Positions 51,789-64,000 of a stretch of DNA of 64,000 bases are shown piece after piece (position 1 is the stretch's first letter; the number at the start of each line of letters is the position of its first letter). Origin of the DNA: Octopus sinensis (Eukaryota); NCBI RefSeq assembly GCF_006345805.1, contig NC_043012.1:53196001-53260000 (forward strand), in the 5' to 3' direction. A program made the position numbers and the translations under genes. Under the pieces are notes generated by a model, which had not been told where the DNA came from, ran no database searches, and was given only the letters and a program-made list of their open reading frames with translations.

Positions 51789-52246
51789 GCCCAGTACTTA
51801 TTCGATCGGCCTCTTTTGCCGAACCGCTACGTGACGGGGACGTAAACACACCAGCATCGGTTGTCAAGCAATGCTAGGGGGACAAACACAGACACACAAA
51901 CATACACGCACACACATATATATACATATATATACATAAATACGACAGGCTTCTTTCAGTTTCCGTATACCAAATCCACTCTCAAGGCATTGGTCGGCCC
52001 GGGGCTATAGCAGAAGACACTTGCCCAAGATGCCACGCAGTGGGACTGAACCCGGAACCATGTGGTTGGTTAGCAAGCTACTTACCACACAGCCACTCCT
52101 GCGCCTAAGATATAGGCGCAGGAGTGGCTATGTGATAAGAAGCTTCATTTCCAACCTACCTTGGTTAGGTGTTTTTTACTATAGCCTCGGTCCACCAGAG
52201 CCTTGTAAGTGGATTTAGTCGATAGAAACTGAAGGAAGATGTCGTA

Positions 52247-52250
<4 letters not shown>
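51733..52250. mobile_element. Head-to-head pair of family A SINEs (minus 51733-52106, plus 52113-52250)
   Basis: gccactcctgcgccta-agata-taggcgcaggagtggc. Confidence 0.85.
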
Positions 52251-52310
<60 letters not shown>

Positions 52311-52342
52311 ATATATTTGTGTTTGTGTTTGTTATACACACC

Positions 52343-52374
<32 letters not shown>

Positions 52375-52384
52375 CATATATATT

Positions 52385-52620
52385 CTTTTACTCTTTTATA
52401 CTTTTACTTGTTTCAGTCATTTGACTGCGGTCATGCTGGAGCACCGCCTTTAGTCGAGCAAATAGACCCCAGGACTTATTTTTGTAGGCCTTGTACTTTT
52501 TTCTATCGGTCTCTTTTACCGAACCGCTAACTTACGTGAACGTAAACACACCAGCATCGGTTGCAAGCGATGTTGGAGGCACAAACACAGAGACACAAAC
52601 ATATATACGCACACGTACAT
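52385..52620 (-). mobile_element. SINE family A, 3' half followed by long TA-rich microsatellite (to ~53000)
   Basis: The tail sequence matches the family consensus. Confidence 0.85.
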
Positions 52621-52872
52621 ATATACATACATACACACACACACACACCTATATATATATATATATATATAAATACAAATATATATATACATATATATAC
52701 ATATATAAATATAAACATATATATATATATATACACACATACATATATATATATATGTATGTATATAAATATATATATACATATATATATGTATACATAC
52801 ATATATAAATATATAAACAAATACATGCATATATATATATATATAAATGCATGTATGTATGTGTGCGTATAC

Positions 52873-52912
<40 letters not shown>

Positions 52913-53480
52913 ATGTATATATATATATGTATATATGTAAGTATATATATATATGTATGTATGTATGTGTGTATGTATGCATGTATGTATGTATATATGT
53001 ATTGAAGGAAAGGGGAGTGACTAACATGTTCATTAAACTGATGTTCGAAGATAACTAAAGAAGCAATACAACCTTTAACAATATTTATATCTTGCATTTG
53101 TTTGAATATCCTCTGATTTTTCTTGTATCCCCCATTTGTATATACATCATGATCATAAAAACATGTACGTATATTCATTCGTATATCATCAATGTCGAAA
53201 GATAACTGCAGAATATATCTATTCTAAGTGAGGCCTTTTATAAGTAAATTCAGTAATTCGTTTTGTCATATTTTCTTTTTTCAGCATTTGTTAAGGAGTT
53301 AGCTGATAAAAAATGTATCTAAAAAATTAATGAGCTGCAGAGTATTGAGGTAACAACTACGTTGCTACGTTGCTACGTTACTAAGATTATTATCAGAATA
53401 AATTAGGAACTTTTACAGTGAATGTGGTTTTGAAAAGAATGTATTTTTTTGAAGCAAAATTACGATTTTGAAAAAACTTG

Positions 53481-53922
53481 GAATCTTTTCGGTTTGAACG
53501 GCAGATTTTTCTAGCGGTGTCATATGAAATTGTCACCCATAATTATGACCCTAGTATCGATCTATTGCATTTCAATCTGTTTTAGGGTTAGGGTTAGTTA
53601 GGGCTAGATAGGGTTAGGGTTAGTGGTGGGGGTAAGTATCTTTTTTTCTTCACAAATGTAAATAAACCCAATCTGTTTCTTAAACGAGGGACATATTCAT
53701 ACGGCTTAGAATGTTTTCACCTCAATAGACGTCATTGATTGGTTGAAATTGCAGAAATTGAAGAAAAAACAACAACAAATATCTTACAAACTATAAAATT
53801 ATCTGAATAAAGCCCAGAGAAAAAGATGTTTTATAAACACATTCTACCAGTATACGAAGTTTAAAAGTGTTTAGTTACGTGAAAATTATTTTAAAAAGCT
53901 GCCGTTCAAACCGAAAAGATCC
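53481..53922. mobile_element. Telomere-repeat MITE, copy 3
   Basis: gaatcttttcggtttgaacggcag...ctgccgttcaaaccgaaaagatcc. Perfect TSD aaaacttg (53473-53480 / 53923-53930). TTAGGG array at about 53580-53625. Confidence 0.93.
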
Positions 53923-54454
53923 AAAACTTGTGTAACACGAACATCATCAAACCAGAAAGGGATTTACTCAATTCAAAATTATACTATAGCGCGAGTATTT
54001 GCATACTCTATATACCGCGTGTACAACCACCCAAACATCGGTTTTAAAATACGATTATAAATATGGGTAAGGAATTATATTTCTTCTAATTTTGAAATAT
54101 AAAAGTGTTGGCAATAATGTATGGTTAAGAAGGTCGTTTGGAAAGCACCTCCTTCCGGTTTCGGTCTTCCTACACCGCACCGTTGGCAATTGTCTTCTGC
54201 TATATTACCGTATGAGTGATTTTGGAAGGCGAAAACTGTGGAAGCCTGTCGTATGTTTGTGTGTGAGTGAATGTGTGTGCGCGCTCGCGCGTGTTTGTGT
54301 GTGTGTGTTTGTGTGTGCATGTGTGTGTGTGCGTTGCCCCTGCACATCTGAACAACTGCAGTCGATTTGTTTATACAATCGTAACCTAGGGGTTCGAGAA
54401 ACGATATCGATAGAATAAACACCAATCATAAAAAGAGGTTGTTCTATATATTCT

Positions 54455-54875
54455 TTTCTACTCAAGGCACAAGGCGCGAAATTTTTGGAGAAGGGGACAA
54501 TCGATTACATCAACCCCAGTACACAACTGGTATTTAAATTTTTTGACCCCGTAAGGATGAAAGGCAAAGTCGACCTCGGCGGAATTTGAACTCAGAACAT
54601 AAGACAGACGAAATACCGTCTAATCATTTCCCCCGGCGTGCTAACGTTTCTTATTTCTTTATCGCCCACAAGGGGCTAAACATAGAGAGGGACAAACAAG
54701 GACAGACACACGGATTAAATCGATTACATCGACCCCAGAGCGTAACTGGTACGACCTCGAAGGAATGAAAGGCAAAGTCGATTTCGGCGGAATTTGAACC
54801 CAGAACCTAGCGGCAGACGAAATACCGCTAAGCATTCCGCTCGGTGTGCTAACGTTTCTGCCAGCTTGCCACCTT
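54455..54875 (-). mobile_element. SINE family B dimer
   Basis: Two gatgaaaggcaaagtcg..ggcggaatttgaa blocks, joined at gtgctaacgtttcttatttcttt. Confidence 0.8.
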
Positions 54876-57331
54876 AGCTTCTACATATTCTATGTTCCGC
54901 ATGTACGCCCGCCCGAGCATTGCTTTTAAAATGCGATTATAAATATGGGCAGGGAATTACTTTCTTTCTAATTTTGAAATATAAAGGTGCTAGCATGGCT
55001 TTATGGTTAAGAAGCTCGCTTAGTAAGCACTTGGTTTCGAATTCGGTCCCACTGCATCTTGGGCAACTGTCTTCTGCTATAAGCCGAACAACACCTTATG
55101 AGTGAATTCTGAAGATGGAAACTGTGTCGACGTTCATTGTATATACGTATGTGGGTGGGTGTATGTGAGAGAAAGAGCGTGTGTGTGTAGGTGTACATAT
55201 GTATGCATGTGTGTGCATGTGTTTGTTTGTGTGTGTGTGTGTGTTTGCTTGCGTGTGTCTGAGTGTGTGTGTGTATGTGCGTGCGAGAGTGTGTGTGTAT
55301 GTGTGTGTGTGTGTATGTGCGAGAGAGTGTGTGTTTATAGCCATTTTGAGTTTTCATCATCGTTCTGGGGTGGTTTGAGAAAATAATATAGGTGTCAGTA
55401 CCTGAAGTTGAACTTAATCCACGCTGCCATTCCCGGCCCTATCGAGCACCACCAGATGAAAACGTGATTCGTTGTGTCAATATTTTGGGTATAGTGTAAA
55501 GCGGCGAGCTGGCGGTGTTCCTGCACCCCTTGGCAATCGCTGTTGGTTTGTTTTCGTGTCCGTAATCGAGTGGTTCGCTTGGATAAGTACCAGCCATGAA
55601 AAGAATTCGGACTTTGGGTCTATTTGTTGAACTAAAACACTTCAAGGCGATGCTCCAGCATGGCAGCAGCCCAAATCCTGAAGCAAGTTAAGGATTAAAG
55701 AAATAACAGAATAATGCTCTATATGTCATTTCCCGCAAAGAGTCATCTAAATCATCGCCTTCAAAAGTTCAAGTTTTATGAAGAGTTCTTTAATCCAAAC
55801 AAATATATTAAGCAGATAAGAGTTACCAGCAATGAGAGCTTGTCTGAAATGGAGAACGTATGGATCAGCTGTCAACAGTGTTAATATCAATTGATACATC
55901 TAGGGTGCAATCAATATTGATCGAAGTTATTTTCGACTAACCTAGTTGCCCTTCGAGAAATATTTTGAACAGCATAGTCACTAATATCTTACCCTGACAT
56001 ATTTTTGAAGCAAATTCTCTTAGTCAACTCTTTGCGAGAATATTAAGCAAAAATACGATATTTTTCGTCCTCTAAAGCAAGGAAAATTAGTCGCTTGTAT
56101 TCAAATATTCTTGAATTTGATAATCTATATTGGCATTCATTTTCATAATTTTGTCATTAACAATCTTTCATCATATTACTAATTTCTTCACATACTTTAT
56201 AATAGCACCTTCATGAAAATTATCTAATGAAAACAGTGCACAACAAACAAAAGCTTTTATTTTAATAAACTCAATATCATCAACATAATTATATGAGATA
56301 CAAAAACGTGCAGCAATTAAATTGGAAAATCCTGCCAAGAATTTGAATAAATTCCTTTAATAGGACATTTACCCCATTTTAAATAGTGTGGTATGTTCTT
56401 TTCAGTTTATTTTAAAAGCTGATTATTTTTAGTGACTGTAGCTCCACTATTTTCCTTTCTATATTTTACTCACAAAGAGCTTCTCACACAATATACGTAG
56501 AAACATGTTGTCCTTGTCAACAGTACCATATCAGTCATACCGCCATTCTTCTATTACTTCCCTTTTGTGATGATTTAAGTTTCGTGGTGGTGGTGGTGGT
56601 CGTGGTGGTGGTGGTGGTGGTGGTGAAGCAGGTTGAGCTTTGATCAAAGGTGTTTAAATTTTGACCAACCTGTTTTGTTTCAATGTGACACACTTTAAAA
56701 TGGGTGCATTATTAGCACTGGTGCGACCACATAGAGACACCCTCATCAGCTCCTAATCGAACAAGTTGTTCGCTTTTAGTTCTAGATCAGCGTTGAAAGA
56801 ATAAACATGATAAAAAGACATATTAGCCATGACCCTCACTTTGAGAAGGTTAGAGTCCATAATATGTCAATTCCTTTCACAAGACAGTAAAGTGATATTT
56901 GAGGAAATTTGGCCGATATTTCTCTTGCAGATCGAAAGAACACTTTGAGATTTCTCTGTTAGCTGATATTCGAACAAGAGTTTGTAGTCCTAGAAATTAT
57001 AGGGGTAGTAAGAGCAAATTATACTAAATATGCGAAATCATCATTAGAGTAGAGCAATGCATGGATACGGAAGGTTTTAAAATACAGCATATGCAGAATA
57101 TGTTGTTCCCTAGATTTAGTTTTGGACCGACGTCTATGTATGCAAAAATTGCATGAGGTACGAATAGGTTTTACAAGCTCTTCTAAATCCATTGCAATGC
57201 TGGAAACACTTCTGTAACTACAGTAGGTACCTTGAGGTCTCGGGTGTTTCGACCCTTAGCCTAAACGCTTCATTAGAGCGGGGCAACAAGGACAGAACTA
57301 GTCCTTACCTGTCTATCTGTCTGTTTGTCTG

Positions 57332-57400
<69 letters not shown>

Positions 57401-57508
57401 TCTATTCTATGTGTGTAGGTATATATATATATATATATATAAACTTACTTGGACGGGATGAAACGAAACGAAACGAATCGAATCGACGCGAGGGCGCTCA
57501 GTATTTAC

Positions 57509-57944
57509 AATAGTGTAATAAATAAAATATATGCATACATACATACATATATATACGTACCTACATCTACATGTATATATACATACATATATAAATATAT
57601 ATACGTGAGTACAGGACACCACAAATAGACGTAGAACTCAACGAGAAACGAAAACGTAAAAACAAGCATGGAAACGGATCTTTTTTAACTACTAAAAAAC
57701 AGAGTACAAGACAAAACTACACAAGGAAAAATCCCCTTCATCAGCTGTCCCTATATTGTCTTGTACTCTGTTTTTTCGTAGTTAAAAAAGATCCGTTTCC
57801 ATGTTTGTTTTCTCGTTGAATTCTACGTCTATTTGTGGTGTCCTGTACTTACGTATATATATTTATGTATGCATGTATATATACATGTAGAGGTAGGTAC
57901 GTACATATATGTATGTATGTATGCATATATTTTATTTAATACAC

Positions 57945-57948
<4 letters not shown>
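57509..57948. repeat. Inverted repeat with ~200-bp arms (57509-57714 / 57756-57948) and 41-bp spacer
   Basis: gagtacaggacaccacaaatagacgtagaa.../...ttctacgtctatttgtggtgtcctgtactt. Several mismatches and one ~14-bp indel. The spacer contains CTGATGAAGG on the minus strand. Confidence 0.9.
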
Positions 57949-58007
<59 letters not shown>

Positions 58008-58361
58008 GGAAGCACTCCGTCGTTACGACGACGAGGGTTCCGGTTGATCCGAATCAACGGAACAGCCTGCTCGTGAAATTAACGTGTAAGTGGCTGAGCA
58101 CTCCACAGACACGTGTACCCTTAACGTAGTTCTCGGGGATATACAGCGTGACACAGAGAGTGACAAGGCCGGCCCTTTGAAATACAGGTACAACAGAAAG
58201 AGGAAGTAAGAGTGAGAGAAAGTTGTGGTGAAAGAGTACAGCAGGGATCACCACCATCCCCTGCCGGAGCATCGTGGAGCTTTAGGTGTTTTCGCTCAAT
58301 AAACACTCACAACGCCCGGTCTGGGAATCGAAACCACGATCCTATGACCGCGAATCCGCTG
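58008..58361 (-). mobile_element. tRNA-derived SINE, group C (second body type plus the tail of 36881), head truncated
   Basis: B box ggtttcgattccc. Body matches 43087-43180 and tail matches 37030-37390. Confidence 0.85.
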
Positions 58362-58431
58362 TAATTGTTCCTGTTGTTGTTGTTTTTTTGTTTCCCTTTT
58401 GGATTAAAATTATATATATATATATATATAT

Positions 58432-58590
58432 GTATCGGAAAAGGTCAAGATAGAAAATGCTAAAATGGTTTTATAAAAAACATCTTTTCTCTACCGGTTT
58501 CAGTCATTGAGACTTTTTCAACTGTAGGTATGGAAAACAATTAAATTTGGAAAAATTAAATGAAAAGTTTTTTAAAAAGAACATTTGTAT
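58432..58590 (-). mobile_element. Short TA-flanked element with hammerhead-like motif (58492-58521)
   Basis: Minus strand TTGAAAA-AGTC-tcaat-GACT-GAAACCGGTA. Confidence 0.5.
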
Positions 58591-58595
58591 ATATA

Positions 58596-60515
58596 CAGAG
58601 GGACCAGCTATCCGAGTTGATAGTTCCTTGGTAGTTAAGGCAATTAGAAGCATGAAGACAGGGAAATCCCCAGGCCCATCAGGAATCACTGCAGAGATGC
58701 TCAAAATGTCTGGTAGTGTCGGCTATAGCCTAGTCACCCGTATAGTTAATCAGGTGATACACAAAGGAGTCATACCCAATGACTGGTGTAGCAGCATAAT
58801 AGTTAACTGCTACAAAGGTAAAGGTGACGCCCTAGATACAAATAATTACAGAGGTATCAAGTTGTTGGATCAGGTGATGAAGGTTACGGAGAGGGTCATA
58901 GCCCAACTAATGAGAGAGAGAGTTAGTTTAGATGAGATGCAGTTTGGGTTCGTGCCAGGGAAAAGTACCACTGATGCTATATTCCTGGTAAGTCAGCTGC
59001 AGGAGAAATACCTAGCCAAAGATAAGCCCCTGTACCTGGCTTTTGTTGACATGGAGAAAGCCTTTGACAGGGTCCCCCGATCCCTTATCTGGTGGTCAAT
59101 GAGGAAACTAGGGATAGATGAATGGTTAGTGAGAGCTGTGCGAGCCAAGTACAGGGACGCTGCTAGTAAGGTGAGGGTTGGCAACGAGTACAGTGAAGAA
59201 TTCCGGGTAGAGGTAGGGGTCTACCAAGGCTCAGTCCTCAACCCCCTCCTATTTATCATAGTCCTCCAGGCAATAACGGAGGAATTCAAGACAGGATGCC
59301 CTTGGGAGCTCCTCTATGCTGATGACCTTGCTCTAATTGCTGAGTCACTATCAGAACTGGAGGAGAAGTTTCAGGTGTGGAAACAAGGATTAGAATCGTA
59401 GGGCCTTAGAGTCAATCTAGCTAAAGCCAAAGTCGTAATCAGTAAGACGGTAGACAAATCACAAACGCCTTCAGGTAGATGGCCCTGCTCGATCTGTAGA
59501 AAAGGTGTAGGTAGAAACTCTATAAGATGCACCAAGTGTAAGCTATGTACACATAAGAGGTGCAGCAATGTCAAAGGAAGGCTAACTAGGAAGATGGTTT
59601 TTGTATGTGGCAGATGCTCAGGAACAATAAACACTGAAAATGCTCTGAGACCAACTTCCGTCACTTTCCAGGGAGAAAAACTAGAAATAGTTGATAGCTT
59701 CCGTTACCTAGGTGACCAAGTCAGTAGCGGGGTGGGTGTGCTGAAAGTGTAACTGCTAGAGTAAGAATAGCTTGGGCAAAGTTCAGAGAGCTCTTACCTC
59801 TGCTGGTGACAAAAGGCCTCTCGCACAGAGTAAAAGGCAGACTATATGATACGTGTGTACGAACAGCCATGCTACATGGCAGTGAAACATGGGCCGTGGC
59901 TGCTGAGGATATGCGTAAGCTCGCAAGAAATGAAGCCAGTATGCTCCGATGGATGTGTAATGTTAGTACTCATACTTGGCAGAGTGTAAGTACCTTGAGA
60001 AAAAAGCTGGACCTAAGAAGCATCAGTTGTGGTGTGCAAGAGAGACGTTTGCGCTGGTATGGGCATGTGGCGAGAATGGATGAAGATAGTTGTGTGAAAA
60101 AGTGCCACACCCTAGCAGTTGAGGGAACATGTGGAAGAGGCAGACCCAGGAAAACCTGGGACGAGGTGGTGAAGCACGACCTTCGAACTTTAGGTCTCAC
60201 TGAGGAAATGACTAGAGACCGAGACCTCTGGAAGTGTGCTGTGCGCGAGAAGACCCGGCAAGACAAGTGAGACCATAACCCGTGGCCTTCTACATGGGAT
60301 GGAGCATACCTTCCCTTCTTGGGACACAAAACTCTACTTGTGAAGACCTGTTGACGCAAGTGAGGATCAGAATCGAAATCGATCAATGGAAATTGCAGAT
60401 GAGTTACCAGTGCCGGTGGGATGTATGAGAACCATCCGTTCATGACCGTTGCCAGCGCCGCCCCGACTGGCCTCGTGCCGGTGGCACGTAAAAAGCACCA
60501 TCCGTTCGTGTCCGT
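58596..60515 (+). mobile_element. 5'-truncated RTE-clade LINE (RT, PHD finger, C-terminus, 3' UTR)
   Basis: GKSPGPSGI, YKGKGD..NYRGIKLL, QFGFVPGKSTTDAIF, FVDMEKAFDRV, GVYQGSVLNP, LLYADDL, FRYLG, MLHGSETW, RLRWYGHV, GRGRPRKTW. One in-frame stop at 59399-59401 and a frameshift near 59730. ORF ends at 60270. The 3' UTR has a repeated gtgccggtgg..accatccgttc unit. Confidence 0.95.
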
Positions 60516-60591
60516 TTTAAATTTATTTGTCAAAATATTTTCGTCGCTTTGAGACCGCGACGTGTTCACTGACAAAACTTCGTGCTGCATC

Positions 60592-60657
<66 letters not shown>

Positions 60658-60661
<4 letters not shown>

Positions 60662-61040
60662 CGCAGGAGTGGCTGTGTGGTAAGTAGCTTGCTTACCAAC
60701 CACATGCTTCCAGGTTCAGTCCCACTGCAGTTCGCACCTTGGGCAAGTGTCTTCTACTATAGCTTCGCGCCGACCAAAACTTTGTGAGTGGATTTGGTAG
60801 ACGGAAACAAAAAGAAGCCCGTCGTATAAATGTATATATAGTGTGTGTGTGTATGTTTGTGTGTCTGTGTTTGTGCCCCTAGCATTGCTTGACAACCGAT
60901 GCTGGTATGTTTATGTCATTGTAACTTAGCGGCTCGGCAAAAGAGACCGATAGAATATGTACTAGGCTTACAAAGAATAAGTCCCGGGGTCGATTTGCTC
61001 GACTAGAGGCGGTGCTCCAGCATAGCCGCAGTCAAATGAC
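60658..61040 (+). mobile_element. SINE family A, full length
   Basis: aggcgcaggagtggctgtgtggtaagtagc...gactgaaacaagtaacagagtaa. Confidence 0.92.
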
Positions 61041-61191
61041 TGAAACAAGTAACAGAGTAAAGGACTATACGTATGTATGTATGTATGTATGTAATTATAT
61101 ATATATATATACATATATATATATGTGTGTGGGGGTGTGTATATTTATGTATGTATTATATTTAGATATATCCATATATATAAATGCACAT

Positions 61192-61255
<64 letters not shown>

Positions 61256-61747
61256 GTATATACATATATATGTGTGTGTGTATACATATTCATACATGGC
61301 CACAAAGTGTTCTTCACACATATATAAACATATTCTCTTGTACTGTTTGCATTTTGCGAAGTGTAAAATTAATTTTCCTTTCTTCTACTACCACGAAGTC
61401 GGCATCCAGTCGATTGTTTTTACATTAATCCCACGCCTCATTTCGTTAATGGTGTCACCATGATATTATTTACATATACATATACTAGAAGACAATATTT
61501 AACAGCTTCATTATATTTATGCTAAGGAATATTAGAGAAGAAAATATCTAACTTTTTTCTTTTAGCTGGTGCTTAGTTACATGCATCTGCCGTCATCTTC
61601 TCTAAGTTTAAATGCACCAAAGATATTTCTACATAAAACCAAATAAGACAAAAAAAAATAATACATTTTTACGTCATTGCAGTAAATTGTATATGTAAGA
61701 GATTATGAACGCTTTCACTGAGGCTTTAATAGATATATATTCAATGC

Positions 61748-62106
61748 TTAGTACGCCGGACGAAATGCTTAGCGGTATTTCGTCTGCCGCTACGTTCTGA
61801 GTTCAAATTCCGCCGAGGTCGAATTTGCCTTTCATCCTTTCGGGGTCGATAAATTAAGTACCAGTTAAGCTCTGGGGTCGATATAATCGACTTAATCCCT
61901 CTGTCGGTCCTTGTTTGTCTCCTCTGTGTTTAGCCCCTTGTGGGTAGTAAAGAAATAGGTATTTCGTCTGCCGTTACTTTCTGAGTTCAAATTCCGCTGA
62001 GGTCGGCTTTGCCTTTCATTCCTTCGGGGTCGATAAATTAAGTACCAGTTACGCACTGGGGTCGATGTAATCGAATTAATCCGTGTGTCTGTCCTTGTTT
62101 GTCCCC
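61748..62106 (+). mobile_element. SINE family B head-to-tail dimer
   Basis: Junction aaagaaataggtatttcgtctgccg at about 61950-61973. Confidence 0.88.
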
Positions 62107-62119
62107 ATATACAAATATA

Positions 62120-62452
62120 TGCGTGGTTGTGTGGTAAGAAGTTTGCTTCCCACCCACGTGGATGCAGGTTCAGTCCAACAGTGTGCCAGCTTGAACAAAT
62201 GTCCACGAAGCACCCAAAAGTTTGTGAGTGGATTTGGTAGACGGAAATTGAAAGAAGGCCATCGTATATATATATATTATATATATATATATATATATAA
62301 ACACCATATATATATATATATATATGTATATATAATATGTGTGTGTGTGGCAAATGAAAGACGGAAGATGGAATAAACGAGAATTGTTTCGATACATCTA
62401 GCATCAATCCCTCACCGGTTGGACACTCAAGAACTTGTTCAGGAGAATCCGG

Positions 62453-62516
<64 letters not shown>

Positions 62517-62554
62517 TATATATATAATATATATATATATATACATATATATAT

Positions 62555-62599
<45 letters not shown>

Positions 62600-62770
62600 A
62601 TATATACATATCAATGTGTGTGACACTGTGTCTTTGTGTTTGTGTTTGTCGCCTACTGCCGATTGACAACCGTAGTGTGTTTACATCCCGTAAAGTAGCG
62701 GTTCGGCAAAAGAGACCGATATAATAAGTATCAGGTTTAACAAAAAAATAAGTACTGGGATTGATTCATT
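62120..62770 (+). mobile_element. Diverged family A SINE whose internal microsatellite holds a ~105-bp insert (62350-62457) with a hammerhead-like motif
   Basis: SINE halves at 62120-62265 and 62615-62770. Insert, minus strand 62381-62416: GGTGAGGGATT-GATGC-tagat-GTATC-GAAACAATTC. Confidence 0.7.
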
Positions 62771-63759
62771 TGATATAAAAGATAAAAGAGATATATATAA
62801 CTATATGTACACACACACATACATGTATGTAGTATGTATGTATGTATGTATGAACGAAAATAAGGATAGAAAATTGTTTTCCAAAACTTAATTTCACACC
62901 AAGAATGGTGGAATCGCAATTTACGGAAACGTTTTCGTATTGAAAGAAAAAATCTCTACTGAAAAATACATTGTAGGTTTTAAGCTTGTAAGCAAAAAAG
63001 TTTCACAGGGAAATTGAAAATCAGATTTAACCCACCTGCAGCGACAGAAGCAGTATTACTATGCCTCCTATTTGAGACAGTTACAGCTTTGGGAACCTAA
63101 CTAATTGCGGTATTCGTCATGAAATAGTATCTCTTATAAACGTACAATGATAGAAAACGCAAAAATATATCAGTGGCAGACGAAAATTATGCAGCAGCCG
63201 CGGTGGCTTTGCTAAATGCGCATTTCTGCCTTTTTCTATAGTGTCGGTAGAAAGTAAATGCCTTCACTGGTATAGTGAAACAGTGATTGAAAATCACTGA
63301 TATCATAATTTTCCATCAGGCTGCATAAAATTTGTTACGCACGATAGAAACAGTATTAGTTTGAAACAGCAATCTTTGTATCATACAAAGTGCATGCATC
63401 ATTGAAAGCCTATGAATTTGCCAGCAGACAAATCCTATTGACAATATTGACAATATCCAAAGAGGCAGAAATTCCTATTTAACAACAGCACCACAGATTC
63501 GAGACGATTTATCGTCTGCCATAAAATTGTACGACTATAAGTGATTCTATCACAAGACGTATTCTGTAGTGAATAAGATTCCAACGATGTATCTGATGTA
63601 CGTAAAATATACAGATTGATATATTTGGTCATTCCATAAATGATACGGTTTTTTCAATTGCATGAACTAAAAGCCGGAGGGGGACGGGGTAAACTACCTG
63701 CATCAACTTGCTATAAAAGCATGTCGTAATCTTACCTTCTACTTATTCGTAGTGCAAAT

Positions 63760-64000
63760 TTTGAAGTGTGCAGTTCGATTTTAACAGTTATTTTTCAAAG
63801 CTATAATGTAAATGGCAAAGGTTCATATTCATCATATTTTGCTTTATGAGTTCAATAAAGGCAACAACGCAACAGAAAGTGCGAGGAATATTAATGCAGT
63901 ACATGGTGATCGGACAATAAGCGTAAGCCAGTGTCAACGGTGGTTCCAGAAATTCTGAGCCGGAAACTACAGCCTCGAAGACGAGCCTCGTCATGGAATA
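63760..64000 (+). pseudogene. 5' part of a mariner transposase relic (runs off the window)
   Basis: MAKVHIHHILLYEFNKGNNATESARNINAVHGDRTISVSQCQRWFQKF*AGNYSLEDEPRHG, a typical mariner N-terminal HTH. Confidence 0.9.

Noticed and set aside
63030-63500. Possible host exon on the minus strand (CAG/GTGGG donor near 63036) with short inverted matches
   Set aside because: The frames I translated contain stops and no recognisable protein, and the inverted matches are not nested as a single hairpin.

Overview
Eukaryotic, AT-rich, repeat-saturated non-coding DNA. It is most likely from an octopus/coleoid cephalopod; this is inferred from the SINE families, the microsatellite load and the TTAGGG repeats, and was not checked against a database. 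No host protein-coding exon can be supported, and nearly all ORFs in the supplied track are microsatellite translations. Contents: (1) dozens of tRNA-derived SINEs in three groups: family A with an internal (TA)n(TG)n tract, family B that forms head-to-tail multimers, and a modular group C that swaps bodies and tails. (2) A 5'-truncated RTE LINE with a PHD finger after the RT core, plus decayed non-LTR fragments (R4/Dong-like, HERO-like, CR1/Jockey-like, a gag-like ORF1, and a 5'-inverted RTE). (3) Several mariner relics. (4) Three complete copies and one partial relative of a ~445-475 bp MITE with GGATC termini, 8-bp TSDs and internal telomeric repeats. (5) An intron-containing tRNA-Lys(UUU) pseudogene. 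(6) Three long inverted repeats and a 100-N gap. The most unusual signal is a set of mutually unrelated short elements sitting in (TA)n tracts that all carry a minimal hammerhead-ribozyme-like motif (TGA core, stem II, GAAA, palindromic stem III). One of them is fused to a tRNA-like Pol III head and tandemly duplicated. Ends of degenerate repeats are approximate.
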